Shown here in pieces: positions 50,901 through 64,000 of a DNA stretch of 64,000 nt. Source of the DNA: Squalus acanthias (Eukaryota); assembly GCA_030390025.1 (NCBI GenBank), contig CM059431.1, positions 125,304,001 through 125,368,000 on the forward strand, written 5' to 3'. Numbering within the stretch: position 1 is the stretch's first letter; the number at the start of each line of letters is the position of its first letter. The position numbers and the translations under genes were made by a program. The notes beneath the pieces were generated by a model. It saw only the letters and a list, made by a program, of their open reading frames with translations, was not told the DNA's origin and searched no databases.

Positions 50901-51023
50901 GGGGTGGCGGGATTTTGCATGCGCCATTGGATTCGCCTCGCCCCAGCGATAATGCTCTAGCGCTCCATTAGTGCCACTCTGCTGGCACTAACAGGAGGCG
51001 CTAAGGTACCGAATTTATCGCCC
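47964..51023 (-). mobile_element. Harbinger copy C, internally deleted: Myb gene on + (exons 48320-48566, 48796-48956, 49113-50199) and only the 3' third of the transposase on - (about 50370-50836)
   Basis: Termini GGGGGAGAAATTC / GAATTTATCGCCC; HTQCRKKFNELSQVVR|gtgagt; ORF 50427-50804 ([17 protein letters not shown]). Confidence 0.9.
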
Positions 51024-52032
51024 AAAGAATTTATTTCTTATCCTCGCTTCAAATACTTTCAAAGAAAAACATTTGCACAGTCAAGCAAACAAGAATAATC
51101 AAAATCCATTCACGCAAAACACATTTAGACACTGAAAATTAGGAAGGTACACAAGCACATTCAAGGAAACATATTCAGCCTAGCAGATTCTGACAAGTAT
51201 ATTCAAGCAAGCACATTCTAGTTCGAATGTTCGAGTATGTAAGGAAGCATAATCAAGGACGCAGACTCAAACACTTTCAAGAAATCATATCCACCACAGT
51301 TAAAAACAGTCACACAAATGAATTCCAGCAAACATTTTGGGCCTATTTTGGGCATGACTTACGAGGAGGTGAAGTACAGGAGCCCACTATGGAGCTGTTG
51401 ATTGATTCAGTATATAGGTTATTTTACTTTGTTCCTGGAAAGAAATGGTAAAAATCATTCAATGTCATCTTTCACATGCCACAGTAACAAGTAAGCAATG
51501 TAGGAGTGCAGAGAAGGAAAGGTTAAGAAGATCGAGGCAACAACATGCTAAGCAATTCATGAGATGGCGTAGTGCATCAAAAGAGGGAGCTTGATATTTA
51601 AAAGCAGCATTGATGCAAGGAAATGCAGACTCATATTTATTTGTTCCACCAAGACTCTCTTATTTCTGGTGATGAAGTTAAGAAGAACTAGAACAAATGC
51701 AACTGGATAGACATTGCAAGATACTGACAATTTGTATACATTGAAGAGTAAATCTAGACTCCCTGATAGCCCAGTGAGTTTATCCAACATAAAGCTCATC
51801 CGTACATGACGGAAAGGTCCCAACTTCAGTCCCTCATCTGTAGTAAGTTAGCTGATCCTACCTGAAACTGTGATAGGAGTGCCGCAATGCCTTGGGTTAG
51901 GAGAAGGAAATCAGGGCTTGGTTGCTATCCAGTGATCCTTGAGAGAAATGTACATATATGTGGACATTGAATGAGGAGAGATTTAGGTTTGACTCTGATT
52001 TCCCCTGAAATTGAATAGTCTGCTGACACTTA

Positions 52033-53830
52033 GGGCAGAATATTGCCAGCGCTCAGAGTGCAGGTTTGGAGGCGGGTCCGCTGTCAAAATCAAAATGATT
52101 GACCGCGGGTTGGGAACCCCCTGTGAACGTGCCTCCATGTAAGTTTCCAGAGTGTCGGGTCTGCGATTTCAGAACAGACCCGACACCAAGCGACGGGGGA
52201 GGCATTTGGCATACTTAACTGCTTGTTAAGTGCTTATTTACTACTACGTTGACAGCCTTTTTCTATTTTACCACATTTTTAACAGGGTACAGGTCATTCA
52301 AAAATCACGTCAGGTAAGTAGGTCGGGTTCTCTATGTCTCCCCATTACTGTGATTAGGTGACAGCTGCAAAAGTGGTATGAAAGATTCCATTTCACAGCT
52401 GGTCACTTTCCAATGTGAGAAGCTTGAGCTTTCATGACTTGGAAGAAACTTTCGAGCTGTATGCAGTTTGGAAGAGTTTGGAGTAATCTCTCTATCCACT
52501 GTCACCTCCTTGGAGCAAGCTCTCTCACCATTGACAGATCGCTTCTGTCATCTCAACTTCAGCTGCCATCTATTCCAGCAACATCGGTGCCCTTGAAAAA
52601 ATCTCAGCTTGGTCCTCAGAATCCCAACACAATCAGCCCCAGCACCAACATCACCGGGCACACCAACGTCACCAACATCCCTCCACAATCAGCTGATGCT
52701 GCACTGAACACAGGGCATCATCACCCATGCACATTTCTGCCCGAGATGCCAGCGATGGCCTCACCATGTCCAGATTTGTTTCACTTAACACTGTACACCC
52801 TGGCTACCACATGATGCACCAAGTTGGCACCACCCCATCCCAGCACCATAAAGCATCCCTACAATGTCCAAGCCATTTCTTTCACACTCATCACCATTGG
52901 TGGGGGGCGGGGGGCGGGGGGGTGGAGAACGTTATGTCTCACTATTCACTGCAACTCACTAAGCCACTTCCAAAGGTGCACACAAATCTGTCTAGGAACG
53001 CAAAGTGTTGAAAATAAAGATTTCAATGTTTGACAGCACATTACCAGGAACTTCACATGACCATTGGATAAACCACACAAGTGCCTACCCTTGTGTGTTG
53101 TTAGTTGGTATTTTTGCAGTAGGATGAGGGTGAGTGTGAGGGGTGGCTAGTGAGATGGGGAAGTGACAATATAGATAGAAAGGGATGGGTGGAGGTGCAA
53201 GGTAAGTTGGTGTGAGTAAGGATGTGCATGAGTAAGGTAGGGAAGGCAGAGTGATGGGGATGTGATGAGTGGCACAGCAGGATGAGGTTGAGTGTGCCTT
53301 GGTAGTAACGTTTTGTGATCTACTGAGATCATTGAAAGGTTTGCGCCAGTACAGCCTGGTCCTCCTGATGACATCCCTGCTTGTGCCCTCCTGTGCAATG
53401 TGCAACCAGGCTGTGTTCGTCTCCTGGAGAGGTGTCTTCCACCCATTGGAAGGGAAGAGAACCTCCCTGCGTGCTGTGACTCCCTCCTAAAGCATATGAA
53501 GGGAGTCATGCGAGAGCCTGGGTGAAGACGTGCACCTCTGTGCAGTGCTTGTCAGTGTTTGCAGCACCTCAATGCTGCAGAACACTGACAGCACAACTGT
53601 CAAAATGAATATGGCCATGGTCCCTTTAAGGAAACCAGCTGATGATGCATCATCAAATTACATCATCAAACCCGCTTCCTTTTAATTGGCCGACAACCCC
53701 GCAGGGCGGGCTTAACAAGCCCTATTAACGGAAAATTCTTTTGACAGAGCGGCTGCAGCTGGGAGTGGGACCGGAACCCGCCAACTACCTCTTCCGCCGC
53801 GATCCCGCCTCCCCTGGGAAAATCCAGCCC
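52033..53830. mobile_element. Non-autonomous Harbinger derivative of about 1.8 kb, copy 2, TTA TSD
   Basis: TTA at 52030-52032 and 53831-53833; termini GGGCAGAATATT / AAAATCCAGCCC; RKPFNDLSRS Myb relic. Confidence 0.9.
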
Positions 53831-56800
53831 TTACTGTCAAAGCTCATACATGCGTAATAGCCACTTGGATGAGGTGTAGCAGGGTGACCAGTGTCCATGG
53901 AACTGTATCCCAACATGGAGTGAAAGCTTTCAAGAGTGGAGCATAGAGGATAAACTTGATGAGAGAAAAAAAGAGTTAAAAATACAAATTTATTTGGAAA
54001 GATTGAATAATATTTAATTGTAGGACCAAACCATGTGCCAAGCTTGGAACAATGCTGAGATTTTGACTTGTTTCTTGAACAGATAATAATAGATGCCTAA
54101 GAATGAGTGTAAGACAGTAATATTATTCATGGTTCAGATGTTATTAATCACAACTAAGGACTAGAGGAATGGTTTAAAAAATATGCATGTTATATGTTTG
54201 GGTCTTTTCTACCCTACTATAGAACTGGATCACTAAAAAATGCAGCTCAGGCCATTTATCAAAATGCTGTTTGTGGCATCTTGCTGTACACAAATTGCCT
54301 GCTGTGTTTCCCTATGTAGCAGGGTGATTGAGGGCAAATATGTCAGCCACAGGCTGATGAGGGCCCTGATCCCAGAGGAAGGGTATCGCCCATTTAAGAG
54401 CCTCCATTTCAAAGATAATTGCACCTGGAGTTGGAGCAGACTTTCCGCAGCCAGCTAAGCATCAAAGGAAAGGTTCAAGAGAAGTAGGCCCTGAAAGAGG
54501 CTTGGAGTTGAAGAGCTGAAGGATGTGCTGTGTGGTCTTGCTTTGTGTTATGTGCATTAAAAGAAGGTGTTTGGAACTTGGATTGCTCAAGGACTACTGT
54601 TTGTAAGGAAAAGGAGGCTCCAAGATGATAGTACTTGGTAACACGTGGTGTCAGAAGTGGGATCTGAGTCCCTAATGGAGAAAGAAAGAGACCAATCCCA
54701 CAGGGCGGGCCTAACAGAATCATGGAGGAAATATTTAGAGAACTGGTGCGGAACATACAAGCTCTGCAAGAGGCCCATGGGGCCGCACAAGAGAGAGGAC
54801 CACTCAGATCCTTGAGGCCTAGCAAGAGACCACCCTACTACTATGATTAGTCAACAACTCCATTATCATTGTATCATGCGACTACCAGCATGGTAGCAGG
54901 CGTACTAGATGGGACTTGGTCTTTTTTCAGCTAGCAATTCCTATGTTCCTATGTAACATTGATCATCTAGGCTCACACATGAAGATGGCCTTGCCAGCAT
55001 TGCCCACTTCCTGAGAACAAATGCAAATTAAAATTTGCCTTTTTTGTATTATAAGGGGCTTTAAAAACTGTTTTCCTCCATTATTAATGCGTAAGCAAAA
55101 TATTCCTGGTTACTCATTTTACTTATTTCAAAACAACAAAACATTGACGAAATTGTCAATTGTTTGACCTCTTGAGTAATTGAGGTTATTTCAAGAGCCG
55201 CCCGAGTACTTGAGATTGTGTCAAGAGGAATATCAAAAATAACCTATATACTGTCATTTACAGAATCACTGAAAAAGCATTGTTTCATTTGTTTGCTTTC
55301 CTATTCCTCTTTTTCAAAGTCAGTGATGTATAACCAATTTGGTGTCTCTCCTGAACAATAGTTACTGCCAATAAGCCATTAATAATTAATTGAGGTCAAT
55401 TGGATCAAAAAAGATCAAATAATTATTTTGAAACTTGATGATAATAGCTAATAGGAATACTTGCTCTAAAATATTCAGCACGTCTTCAAATTTCATTTAC
55501 CTTGGTAGGGACAAAACCTATTAGACCATAAGAATAAAGAAGCAAGACTTTAAAATGAAGCTGGATAAACATTCTATTACAAATGGGATTATGAGCTACG
55601 AGGAGAAGTGCAGACAAAAATGATCAAATGTTGAGTGTGATATGATTTGGATCCTGAGTTCCTGAAACCATGGAACTGTCACACCAAAGAAGGCAGCCAG
55701 CCGAGAGTGTGCATTGTAAGAGGTACGTTTAGATGGGGAAACGGTTCTGGAATTTTGTCTAATTTACCTCTGAGAGGCAAGGAGAGACTTTCATTTCCAT
55801 TGAATCTACTAGTAAAAGGGATCTCCGGAGATTTCACAGCTAATGATGTCACACCTCCAAAGGGAAACAACTCTCAACTATCTCTCTCATATAAATACTG
55901 GGGGTATTTTTCCTGGTATCCACAGACAATAAGAAACCTCATCCGCTGTCAACATTATTGGAAAATAATGAATGTGCTTGTGATTTTCTGATGTGCGCTA
56001 TTGACCAGTGAGTTTCTCCAACATCAATGTGTACTCATAAAATAACCCTGTTATCTAAAAGTACATGAACAGTTATTTGTGGTGGTATATTTGAACTGAG
56101 CCTTACATATGAGGTGCAACACGTGTAAGGAATGCAGGTCGGGAAATCACAGACCCGCAGCCAATGATTTTCTGCCATTAGTTTAATGGACAGAAAATCG
56201 TGGGTTATAGGGCCCAAAATGTTTTGACCTGCACTACCTGTAAGAGCTGTTCCTCACTGAGTGTGTCCAACCATGGAATCAGCCCAGTGATGAACAAGTA
56301 AAGGCCTCAAAGATTAAATAGAGCCAATTGTAGAGTAGATTGTCCAGGGTCTCTGGCAGGTTTGGGTCTGATGTGCTGAATGGCCATTTTGTCCTTGCAT
56401 GCTTGATGTTCTGACCATTCATCTGTGTCAGGATCTCTTTCAGGACTAGATTATATATTTCATCTTATTTACCCTATTTCCATAACCTTTTTATTGCTAG
56501 CTAAATCAAGAATTGATCAAGCTTTCTTTAAATGCTTCAGTTAAGTTAGTATTTACTGCAGTAACTAACAAAATCTGTAACAAAAGCTGACAGCTCTAGG
56601 TGAGAATGACTGATTTTGGAAATTTATTTTGAGCATTTTTAGTCAGTTGTGGGCAAGATCTTTCATAGACTGAGATCAAATTAGTAAGCATTTAAAAATG
56701 CATGGATTAATCTAAGACAGCCAGCCCAAATTTACTGTTGTGGAACCTGCATGATTTTCAGCTGAATGATTGATTTCAATTGGATGAAAATCAGACAGGT

Positions 56801-57579
56801 TCCACAACGAGCAGGAAATCCGCTCCAGCAGATTACTGCCTAGGTGGTGAAGGGAAAATTACCTCTATGGTATTGAAGAAAATATAACAGCATGGATAGA
56901 AAGTAGGCTGACAGACAGGAAACAGTGGGGGTAATTTTAACTTTTGGCAATGGTCTAAAACAGGCAATATTGGGTCAGCTGCCCTTTCTATACTTCTCCT
57001 GATTTTCATTTCCATGATGGTTGCATGAAGCGCACAAGTAAATAGTGTAGAGTTAGCTTGGAGCAGCCACCAACCAATGTTCTGGTTGGAAGTCATGAGT
57101 GGAGAAGGGGTGAATCCAGGAGCCATTGGAGGGGCAGAGTATCGACTGAAGCACTGGTAGAGATTGTTTAGCAGATTCCAAGAGCTGAGGAAGAGTGAAA
57201 CATTGACCCAGGGGCAGCAGAAGTTGATCCAGAGGTCCAGCAGAGATGTCTATTGGCCTCAGCTGTTGTTAGCACGCATCAGCAAGTCTGATGGACCAGC
57301 AGAGAAGCGAGAAGCAATAGTAGTGAAACCTAAGACTAAGAGCAGTGAATATCAGGGAACCAGGGCAGTGAAGTATTAGTCCAAGGTATTAGTGAGGATG
57401 ACGAAGATGGGTCAAGGACCAGTTGAAGGCTATCAAGAACCAAACAAGATTAGGAGCCTGAGAAGCTAGTCGAATCCAATCCAATGAAGGGTGATGGAGA
57501 AACCTGAAGGCAGAGTGGAACAGAGTATAATCAGCAACTGAGGAAAGTGAACAGAGCCCTGCTAGACAAATGATACAAT

Positions 57580-58267
57580 GGCCTCAATATTAACCCCCAA
57601 CTGCCCCCCTCCATAATGGGCATGAGCCGGTCAGGGGGGTTAAATCTTTAAAAATACAAAACACGAGCCCAACCCAATGCATACGTACCTGCTGCCATTT
57701 TTACGGCGGCGGATAACGTGCCGTGCAAGTGTCCCATCTTGGAGAGACAGGACACTTCATTAACATATTTAAATCAGGCTCCCACAGTGCAATTGGGAGC
57801 CTGATTTAAATCTAACTGCTGCCAGGTGGGTTTACCAACTCTTGGAAAACCTGGCAGCGAAATGGAGGCAGGAGCTGCCAGCTCCACAAGTTACGTACTT
57901 TTTATAGCACTCCTTGTGGGACAGGAGGAGCAGGAATGCTACCCAACCACCTCCCCGCCACCTCCCACTCCCCCATCCCTGCTCCTCAAGGAAGCCTTCA
58001 GCCTACCTGCTGCCCATCATTGCCTCTCTCTAGCTCCTGTCACAATAGGCGACCCCCACCACCCCGATCTGCGGCCTCCTGCCATTGATTTTTCCGCCCA
58101 GCAGCCTGCCAGCCTGTCGATTTTTCCGGCTGCTGGGCGGGAAATGGAAGAAAAAGTGATAATGAGGTCCTGCCTTTAAATTCGTCGGGACCTCTGCGTC
58201 TCTGGCCTAGCCAGGTTCCCTCTACACTATCACGTACCCTCCCCGCCTCCCCGCAAATATCAGGGCC
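57580..58267. mobile_element. GGCC-terminated MITE
   Basis: GGCCTCAATATT / AATATCAGGGCC; internal hairpin atttaaatcaggctccca...tgggagcctgatttaaat. Confidence 0.75.
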
Positions 58268-59418
58268 ACCGTGTCTCTAAATACATTTCAACTGTGGGCC
58301 TGTTTAATCAGATACGACTACATATACTATATCTATATATATATATATATTAAAATCAATTTAATCTTCATTTGGGACAGACTTGAAAATCAGCATTGCA
58401 GTTAGTGGACATCTCACTTCCTTCCACCATCAGGCAACCTTACCTCTAAACAGGACACTGCGATTGCAATAGTGCTAGCTCTATCCTAGAAACTATGCCA
58501 GCTGAGGTTCTTCTATGGAGGATTCCCCGGAGCTCAATTCCTAGGTGCAGACTCTCTCCCTTTATACCCTTTCTTATCACTACTACGTGACTGTCAGCAT
58601 TTCTCACCAGCTGTATTTTTCTTTGTTTCCCAGACTTGACATGAACTTGATGCCATTTGTCTGAGCAGATGGCGCTCTGTTGCTGGTACCTCCTATAAAT
58701 GGGTACCAACACCTTAACATCCAGCACATTCTTATTCTGACTTGGGGGTCGTTTCCTACAGCTAAAATGTGCTCAATAAACAAATCATTGGCAGTACTAC
58801 ACTAGAGTCCTGTGGCTGCCCTCAAACAATTGCTTCCTCTGCTCAGCTACAAATTCCACCAATCATTTTGATCTCTATTCTCCCCAAACTTGTAAATCTC
58901 CTACAAAAAATGTATATCACTTACAATCTGACACAGCATTTGACCTTATCTACCTAGTAACTCTAATGTCCTTGTATAATCATTCACTCGCATTGCAAAA
59001 AGGTATTACAGCATTGATCTCTGCCATTTAGCCAAACAGATTACCATTTAACGTAGGAAGATAAAAGGTCTCCAGGATAAGAACTTACAGAACTAATAAA
59101 CAACTTAATGAGGAGTTGTTCATTTCTCAGCTGGTGCAAATAGAGATTCAATTTGTTTATAAGATCCTATTAACCTTTTCTACCAAAAAGAAAATAAATG
59201 TCTCCTTTCCTGTCTTCTTGTTCTCTCAAGCCAATAAAAGTACACTTGCTGTTATACTGTGGCCCTGAATTTCCTTGTTGTCTTCAGCACTTACACCGTT
59301 GGTAGGCGATTATTGTGCTGAAAAGGTTGAGGAAATTTGTGTGAGTGCATTACACCGCTTATGTGCCAGTATTGTGCTGAACGCAAATTCCCTCCATGTT
59401 TTTAACAATGTAAAGCTT

Positions 59419-60166
59419 GGGCTAGAAATTGGGTTGCTTTCTGCCTCTCGTTAACGTCCCCGGGGGGGGCGCTACCGCAGCGCAAATGCTCAAGCGCCCG
59501 GGCGCGGCGCCTCTAACGCCTCCCGCGAAATTCAGCGGGAGGTTAGCGGCGGCGGTAGCCAGTAGCGGCCCGCTCCGCTGTGCTAGCAATGATGACGTCA
59601 TCGCCGTGCACAGTGCCCCGTTTGCGCGCCGACTGCAAACTTCCTTTGCGCTCCCTGACCTATCACCGGGCGATATGTGTGACAGGATCAGAGGGTGGTT
59701 TTGCAGCGGCAGTAGTGGGCGATGGCACAATTTAAAGGGCAGGTGTCAGGCGGCCATTTTAATTTTGTCCGACTGCCAGCACCTGCCCCCTTTCACATTT
59801 GTATGCGGGGAGCCGGCCGCGATCGTTCAGCCCGGCACTCCTCTTAAGTGCCAGGCTGTTTCCACGGCACCCCGTTCCCCGGTGGTCCGGCAGGTCCGGT
59901 GCACGTGGCGCTTGGCCCCTCCCCTTTAATCGGGGAGGAGGCCTGTAATGATGTGCCACCGTGCATGGCGCAGCTGCACGTAGTGCCGCGACATTGAGTA
60001 GTAGCGCCCCAAGAAGGAGGTGGAGGGCTTCCAGTAGCGCTCCACCTCCTTCTTGGGGCGCTACTACTGAATATACGGGGTAGGGCGCTAAGTTTTTTGC
60101 GGCGCTAAAATTAGCGCCCCCGGCAAAGTTAGCACCCCAAAATGGGCTATACCCAATTTTCCCCCC
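59419..60166. mobile_element. CpG-rich Harbinger-derived MITE
   Basis: TIRs GGGCTAGAAATTGGGT / ACCCAATTTTCCCCCC; subterminal TAGCGCC/GGCGCTA motifs as in copies A-C. Confidence 0.85.
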
Positions 60167-60589
60167 GTACATCTATCAAAACTGCTCAAGGCACATTACC
60201 ATAACTGCACTGTTCAAGGTCAGAGATGTTTCCTGGGTTTACATGCAATCAATCTAACTTTACACCCAAAAGAATGATCTAACAGCACTTCAGACAAATG
60301 TTAGTGAGGACTTGGTGAGCTGAAGAGGGCATCAACTTTGCTTACTGATTACAGGCTCCCACAGAACTTTTTATAACCTCTTCCCTCACATTTTTAATCA
60401 TTGACACCTGCACTTCATTTTATTCTTTTCCTCTCTTTTCAAAGAAACATTTTGGGATTGCCAACTTTCCTCATTCCCAAAGCCACACTCTAATTGACTT
60501 AGAAAGGATGGCTTTCCCCATGGGGATACCATTTAATGTCATCATAATGGAGGAGGATTTGCAGTAGCAGTGTGTCGAGGTCAGGAGAA

Positions 60590-61070
60590 TCAGGCTGAGG
60601 ACAGAAGCCTACCAGGTACAAACTTCCCCAACCTGTGTACAGGAGAGGACCTCTCTCAGCAGTTGTTCATCCAGTGGCTTCGCCTCTCCAAGGATGGCAT
60701 TAAGCATCTCTGTCACCCTCTACTGTTCTGTCTGTGGCAATTCAAGTGACAACAGCCCTCAACTTCTTTGGCTGTAGATCTACCACAGGGGATCTGTGCA
60801 ACATTAACCAGAAAGCTATCAGGGTGTGCATCCGTCAGATAACAGACGACTTCTTTCATAGAGCAGCCAAATTCATCCACTTTAACATCAGTCCCAAGCA
60901 GCAGAGGCACAGAGCCTGGGACTTCTACAGAATAGCCAGATTCCCCATGGAGTAGGGAGCCTTGATGGCACGCATGTGACACTGAAGACACTAACTGATG
61001 TATATGAATAGGAAGAGGTTCCATTTCCAGCATGTCTAGCTTGTCTGTGATGGAAACCAGGCTGTATTCT
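60590..61070 (+). pseudogene. Old Harbinger transposase relic
   Basis: AIQVTTALNFF...CIRQITD...FYRIARFP (ORF 60734-60955), then LDGTH and NRKRFH remnants. Confidence 0.75.
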
Positions 61071-61559
61071 CACTAGGCACTGTAAGGCACATCAGAAGGC
61101 AGACTCTGCAGGACATCTTGAGTGATTGGCCGATTGCAGTGGCAGCACCTCAGCCATATTATTTTCTATGCAAACTACCAGATGACCCTAAAGCAGATCT
61201 CTTTGCTCCAGCTGGGTCTTGCTGGAAATCCTCAAATGGGTGAAGATATCTGAACCTGCTGGATGGTCTATTTCCAGACTTACTGTAATGTTCATGAATA
61301 ACAAATCACAAGACAAGTGCCCAGTGTTTATCAAAGCAAACTTTTCTGCATAGATAAGTTGTTGGAAGGTTATGTGTGTGAGGATGATTCAGGAATGTAT
61401 GGTAATTATGATGGAGAGGTTAAATGAGAGATATGGGGGTGTGAGGACCGCAGAATGGAGGAAGGTGTACTAGGGTTGTACAAGGCAGTTGGTGCGTGTT
61501 ATAAGAGTTGTAGCACCCTTACCCACAGTGTAGTGTGAAGGGTTAGTAGTGTGAGGACA

Positions 61560-61963
61560 TTTTGTTTAGCCTTTTTTTCTTCCCTCCCACATGGCAGCTG
61601 TCCTTCATTCTGCCAGCGCAATTCACACTTCATCTAGAGCCATCCTTTGTTCCGTAACCTGTCCCATTACCACCTCCTCTTGCCTTGAATATCTCTTAAT
61701 GTCTCTCAATGTCTCTTAATCTCTCCTGCTTTCTATCCTATCACTGACCTTCTCTTTTGTTCTTTTATCCCCCCCCCCTTTTCCCAGCCCCTAAACTTGC
61801 TTTAAAATCTATTCCATTTCCTGCTTTTTTCCAGTTCTGACGAAAGGTCTTCGACCTGAAACGTTAACTCTGTTTCTCTCTCCATGGATGCTGCCTGGCC
61901 TGCTGAGTTTTTCCAGCGTTTTCTGTTGTTATTTCGGATTTCCAGCATCCGTGGTATTTTGCT
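61560..61963 (+). mobile_element. Penelope-like element 3' remnant with hammerhead motif at 61833-61869
   Basis: Pyrimidine-rich tract, then AGTT-CTGACGA-A-AGGTC(TTC)GACCT-GAAA-CGTT-AACT; downstream sequence matches 37981-38091. Confidence 0.8.
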
Positions 61964-62944
61964 ATAGTAATCCTCTTAATTGCTCAATTCAAATTATCTG
62001 TTAATTCAAACTGAAATCATGCAGAAATCACCACCTGTGCTATTTGATTTAAATTGCTTAATTTGAACTAATGAATAATTCAAAGTTTTTTGAGCAAAAA
62101 ATGACTTCATACAGTTTTGAAAATCTTTCACAGATCTAAAAGTACAATGCCTACCCTTATGCTGCATTTACCATAACAAACAGCATGAATGCATGCAAGA
62201 ATTGACTCCATTGTGTCACTACAAAGAACGTGATTCCATAAATTCATATTGAGCACATCACATCTACTCAGATAATTTAAAGTCAGCAGCAGAATCTATT
62301 TTTGACCTTGGCACAATTTGTAGTTGTGGTAACGTGAAGTCACTGCTGGTCGAAAACAGGACTCCTGTCAGTCTAATTACCTCAAATCCTCCTGCTCCCA
62401 CCTGTGTTATAGCTGAAGCATTTGAATGCTTTTTGTTTCGAATACTTACCAAAACTGTGGCTATCTATCTTTCAAAATAACACTAGCCTAGTTCAAAAAA
62501 CATTGCATTAAAATCAATGTACAGCAGTTGTCGGATGTGAAATTTAGAAAACAAATGTTGCGTTCATTTCATTTTGTTAAATATAGGATTTTCAATTATG
62601 GTAAGTACATCAAAAGTACTTCAGTTGTCATTCAGATAGAAGAGGGTGACCTGAAGCAGTTAGAAGGCAGCCAGACTGGCTGTGACCCATGTTTGTTGGC
62701 CATCACTTCCATTCTTCTGCTGGTGAAACTGCTCCATCCTATAAAGGAGGCAGTTTTATCAGCAGGGAGTTGACACTGCAAATATTTCACAGCCAATTTT
62801 AGATGTATTAAACCTTCACCAAGGTTGAGATCAAGTTTCTCACTGAAGCCTAATAAAGCTGCTTCAGACGAATATTTAGGTCAAAAGCCTGATTAAGGAT
62901 GATTCCACGTTTAGCAAATGTTGACAACATTTTTCTAAATTTTA

Positions 62945-64000
62945 AAGAAATAAAGACTTGCATTTATATAGTGTATTTCACGACCACGAGATGTCTCAAA
63001 GCGCTTTACAGCCAATGAAGTACTTTTGAAGCGGAGTCACTGTTGTAATGTGGGAAACGCGGCAGCCAATTTGCGCAGAGCAAGCTCCCACAAACAGCAA
63101 TATGATACTGACCAAATAATCTGTTTTTGTTATGTTGGTTGAGGGATAAATATTGGCTAGGATACCGGGGATAACTCCCCTGCTCTTCTTCGCCTGAGGA
63201 AGAGAGTGTTTGAAGACCAGGACCACAAACCCAGCACTAAGCTCATGGTCCACAGAGCAGCAGTGATACCTGCCCTCCTGTATTCCTCAGAGACATGGAC
63301 CATGTACAGCAGGCACCTCAAAGCACTGGAGAGGTACCACCAACGCTGCCTCCGCAAGATCCTGCAAATCCATTGGCAGGATAGGTGCACCAACGTCATT
63401 GTTCTTGCTCAGGCCAACATCCCCAGCATCGAAGCTTTGACCACGCTAGATCAGCTCCAATGGACAGGTCACATCGTCCGCATGCCCGATACGAGACTCC
63501 CAAAACAAGCGCTCTACTCGGAGCTCTGACACGGCAAGAGAGCCCCAGGTGGGCAGAGGAAACGCTTCAAGGACACCCTCAAAGCCTCCTTGAAAAAGTG
63601 CAACATCCCCACCGACACCTGGGAATCCCTGGCCCAAGACCGTACAAAGTGGAGGAGAAGCATCGGGAAGGCACCGAATACCTCGAGTCTCTTCGCCAGG
63701 AGCAAGCGGAAGCCAAGCGCAAACAGCGGAAGGAGCGCACGTCAACACAAGCACCCCACCCACCCGCCCCTTCAATCACCGTCTGCCCCACCTGTGACAG
63801 AGACTGTAGGTCCCGCATTTGACTCATCAGTCACCTGAGAACTCATTTTTAATGTGGAAGCAAGTCATCTTCGGTTCCGAGGGATTGCCTAAGAAGAAGA
63901 TTGGCTAGGATGCCGGGGATAACTCCCCTGCTCTTCTTCGAAATAGTGCCATGGGATCTTTTACGTCCACCTGAGAAAGCAGACCGGGCCTCGGTTTAAC
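62945..64000 (-). mobile_element. Deu-domain SINE (SacSINE1/AmnSINE1-like), split by an RTE insertion, runs off the window
   Basis: Minus strand reads GTTAAACCGAGGCCCG...CTCAGGTGGACGTAAAAGATCCCATGGCACTATTTCGAAGAAGAGCAGGGGAG...GCTGTAAAGCGCTTTG...TATATAAATGCAAG, recognised as the Deu domain with an L2-type tail. Confidence 0.85.
63193..63899 (+). mobile_element. RTE-clade LINE 3' fragment with 41-bp TSD
   Basis: TKLMVHRAAVIPALLYSSETW, QLQWTGHIVRMPDTRLPKQALY, C-terminal CPTC..C; (AAG)n tail. Confidence 0.92.

Noticed and set aside
58446..58755. Open frame in unique sequence with splice-like signals (KRPPSQNKNVLDVKVLVP...)
   Set aside because: No motif or homology that I recognise; such frames arise by chance
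62264..62773. Short ORFs on both strands in unique DNA
   Set aside because: No consistent exon structure or known domain

Overview
Repeat-saturated vertebrate genomic DNA, very probably from a cartilaginous fish. This is inferred from a Deu-domain (SacSINE1/AmnSINE1-type) SINE and the shark-type CR1, Harbinger and Penelope content. No host gene, rRNA, true tRNA gene or CRISPR array can be supported. The window is a nest of transposable elements: two near-complete two-gene PIF/Harbinger transposons (13.9-18.0 kb and 39.4-43.6 kb; DDE transposase plus a convergent 3-exon Myb/SANT-like gene), deleted or relic Harbingers and MITEs, at least seven CR1 LINE pieces, L2, L1 and RTE fragments, two solo LTRs with 4-bp TSDs, and three Penelope-like remnants. 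Two of the Penelope remnants are fold-back palindromes with 14-bp TSDs, and minimal hammerhead ribozyme motifs occur with them. The most unusual object is a LINE at 3357-5324. It starts with a tRNA-derived head, has no ORF1, and has no TTTT on its sense strand over about 2 kb. A SINE sharing its 5' end lies 1.8 kb away. Together these suggest a possible Pol III-transcribed protein-coding retrotransposon and its non-autonomous partner. All coordinates and alignments were made by eye.
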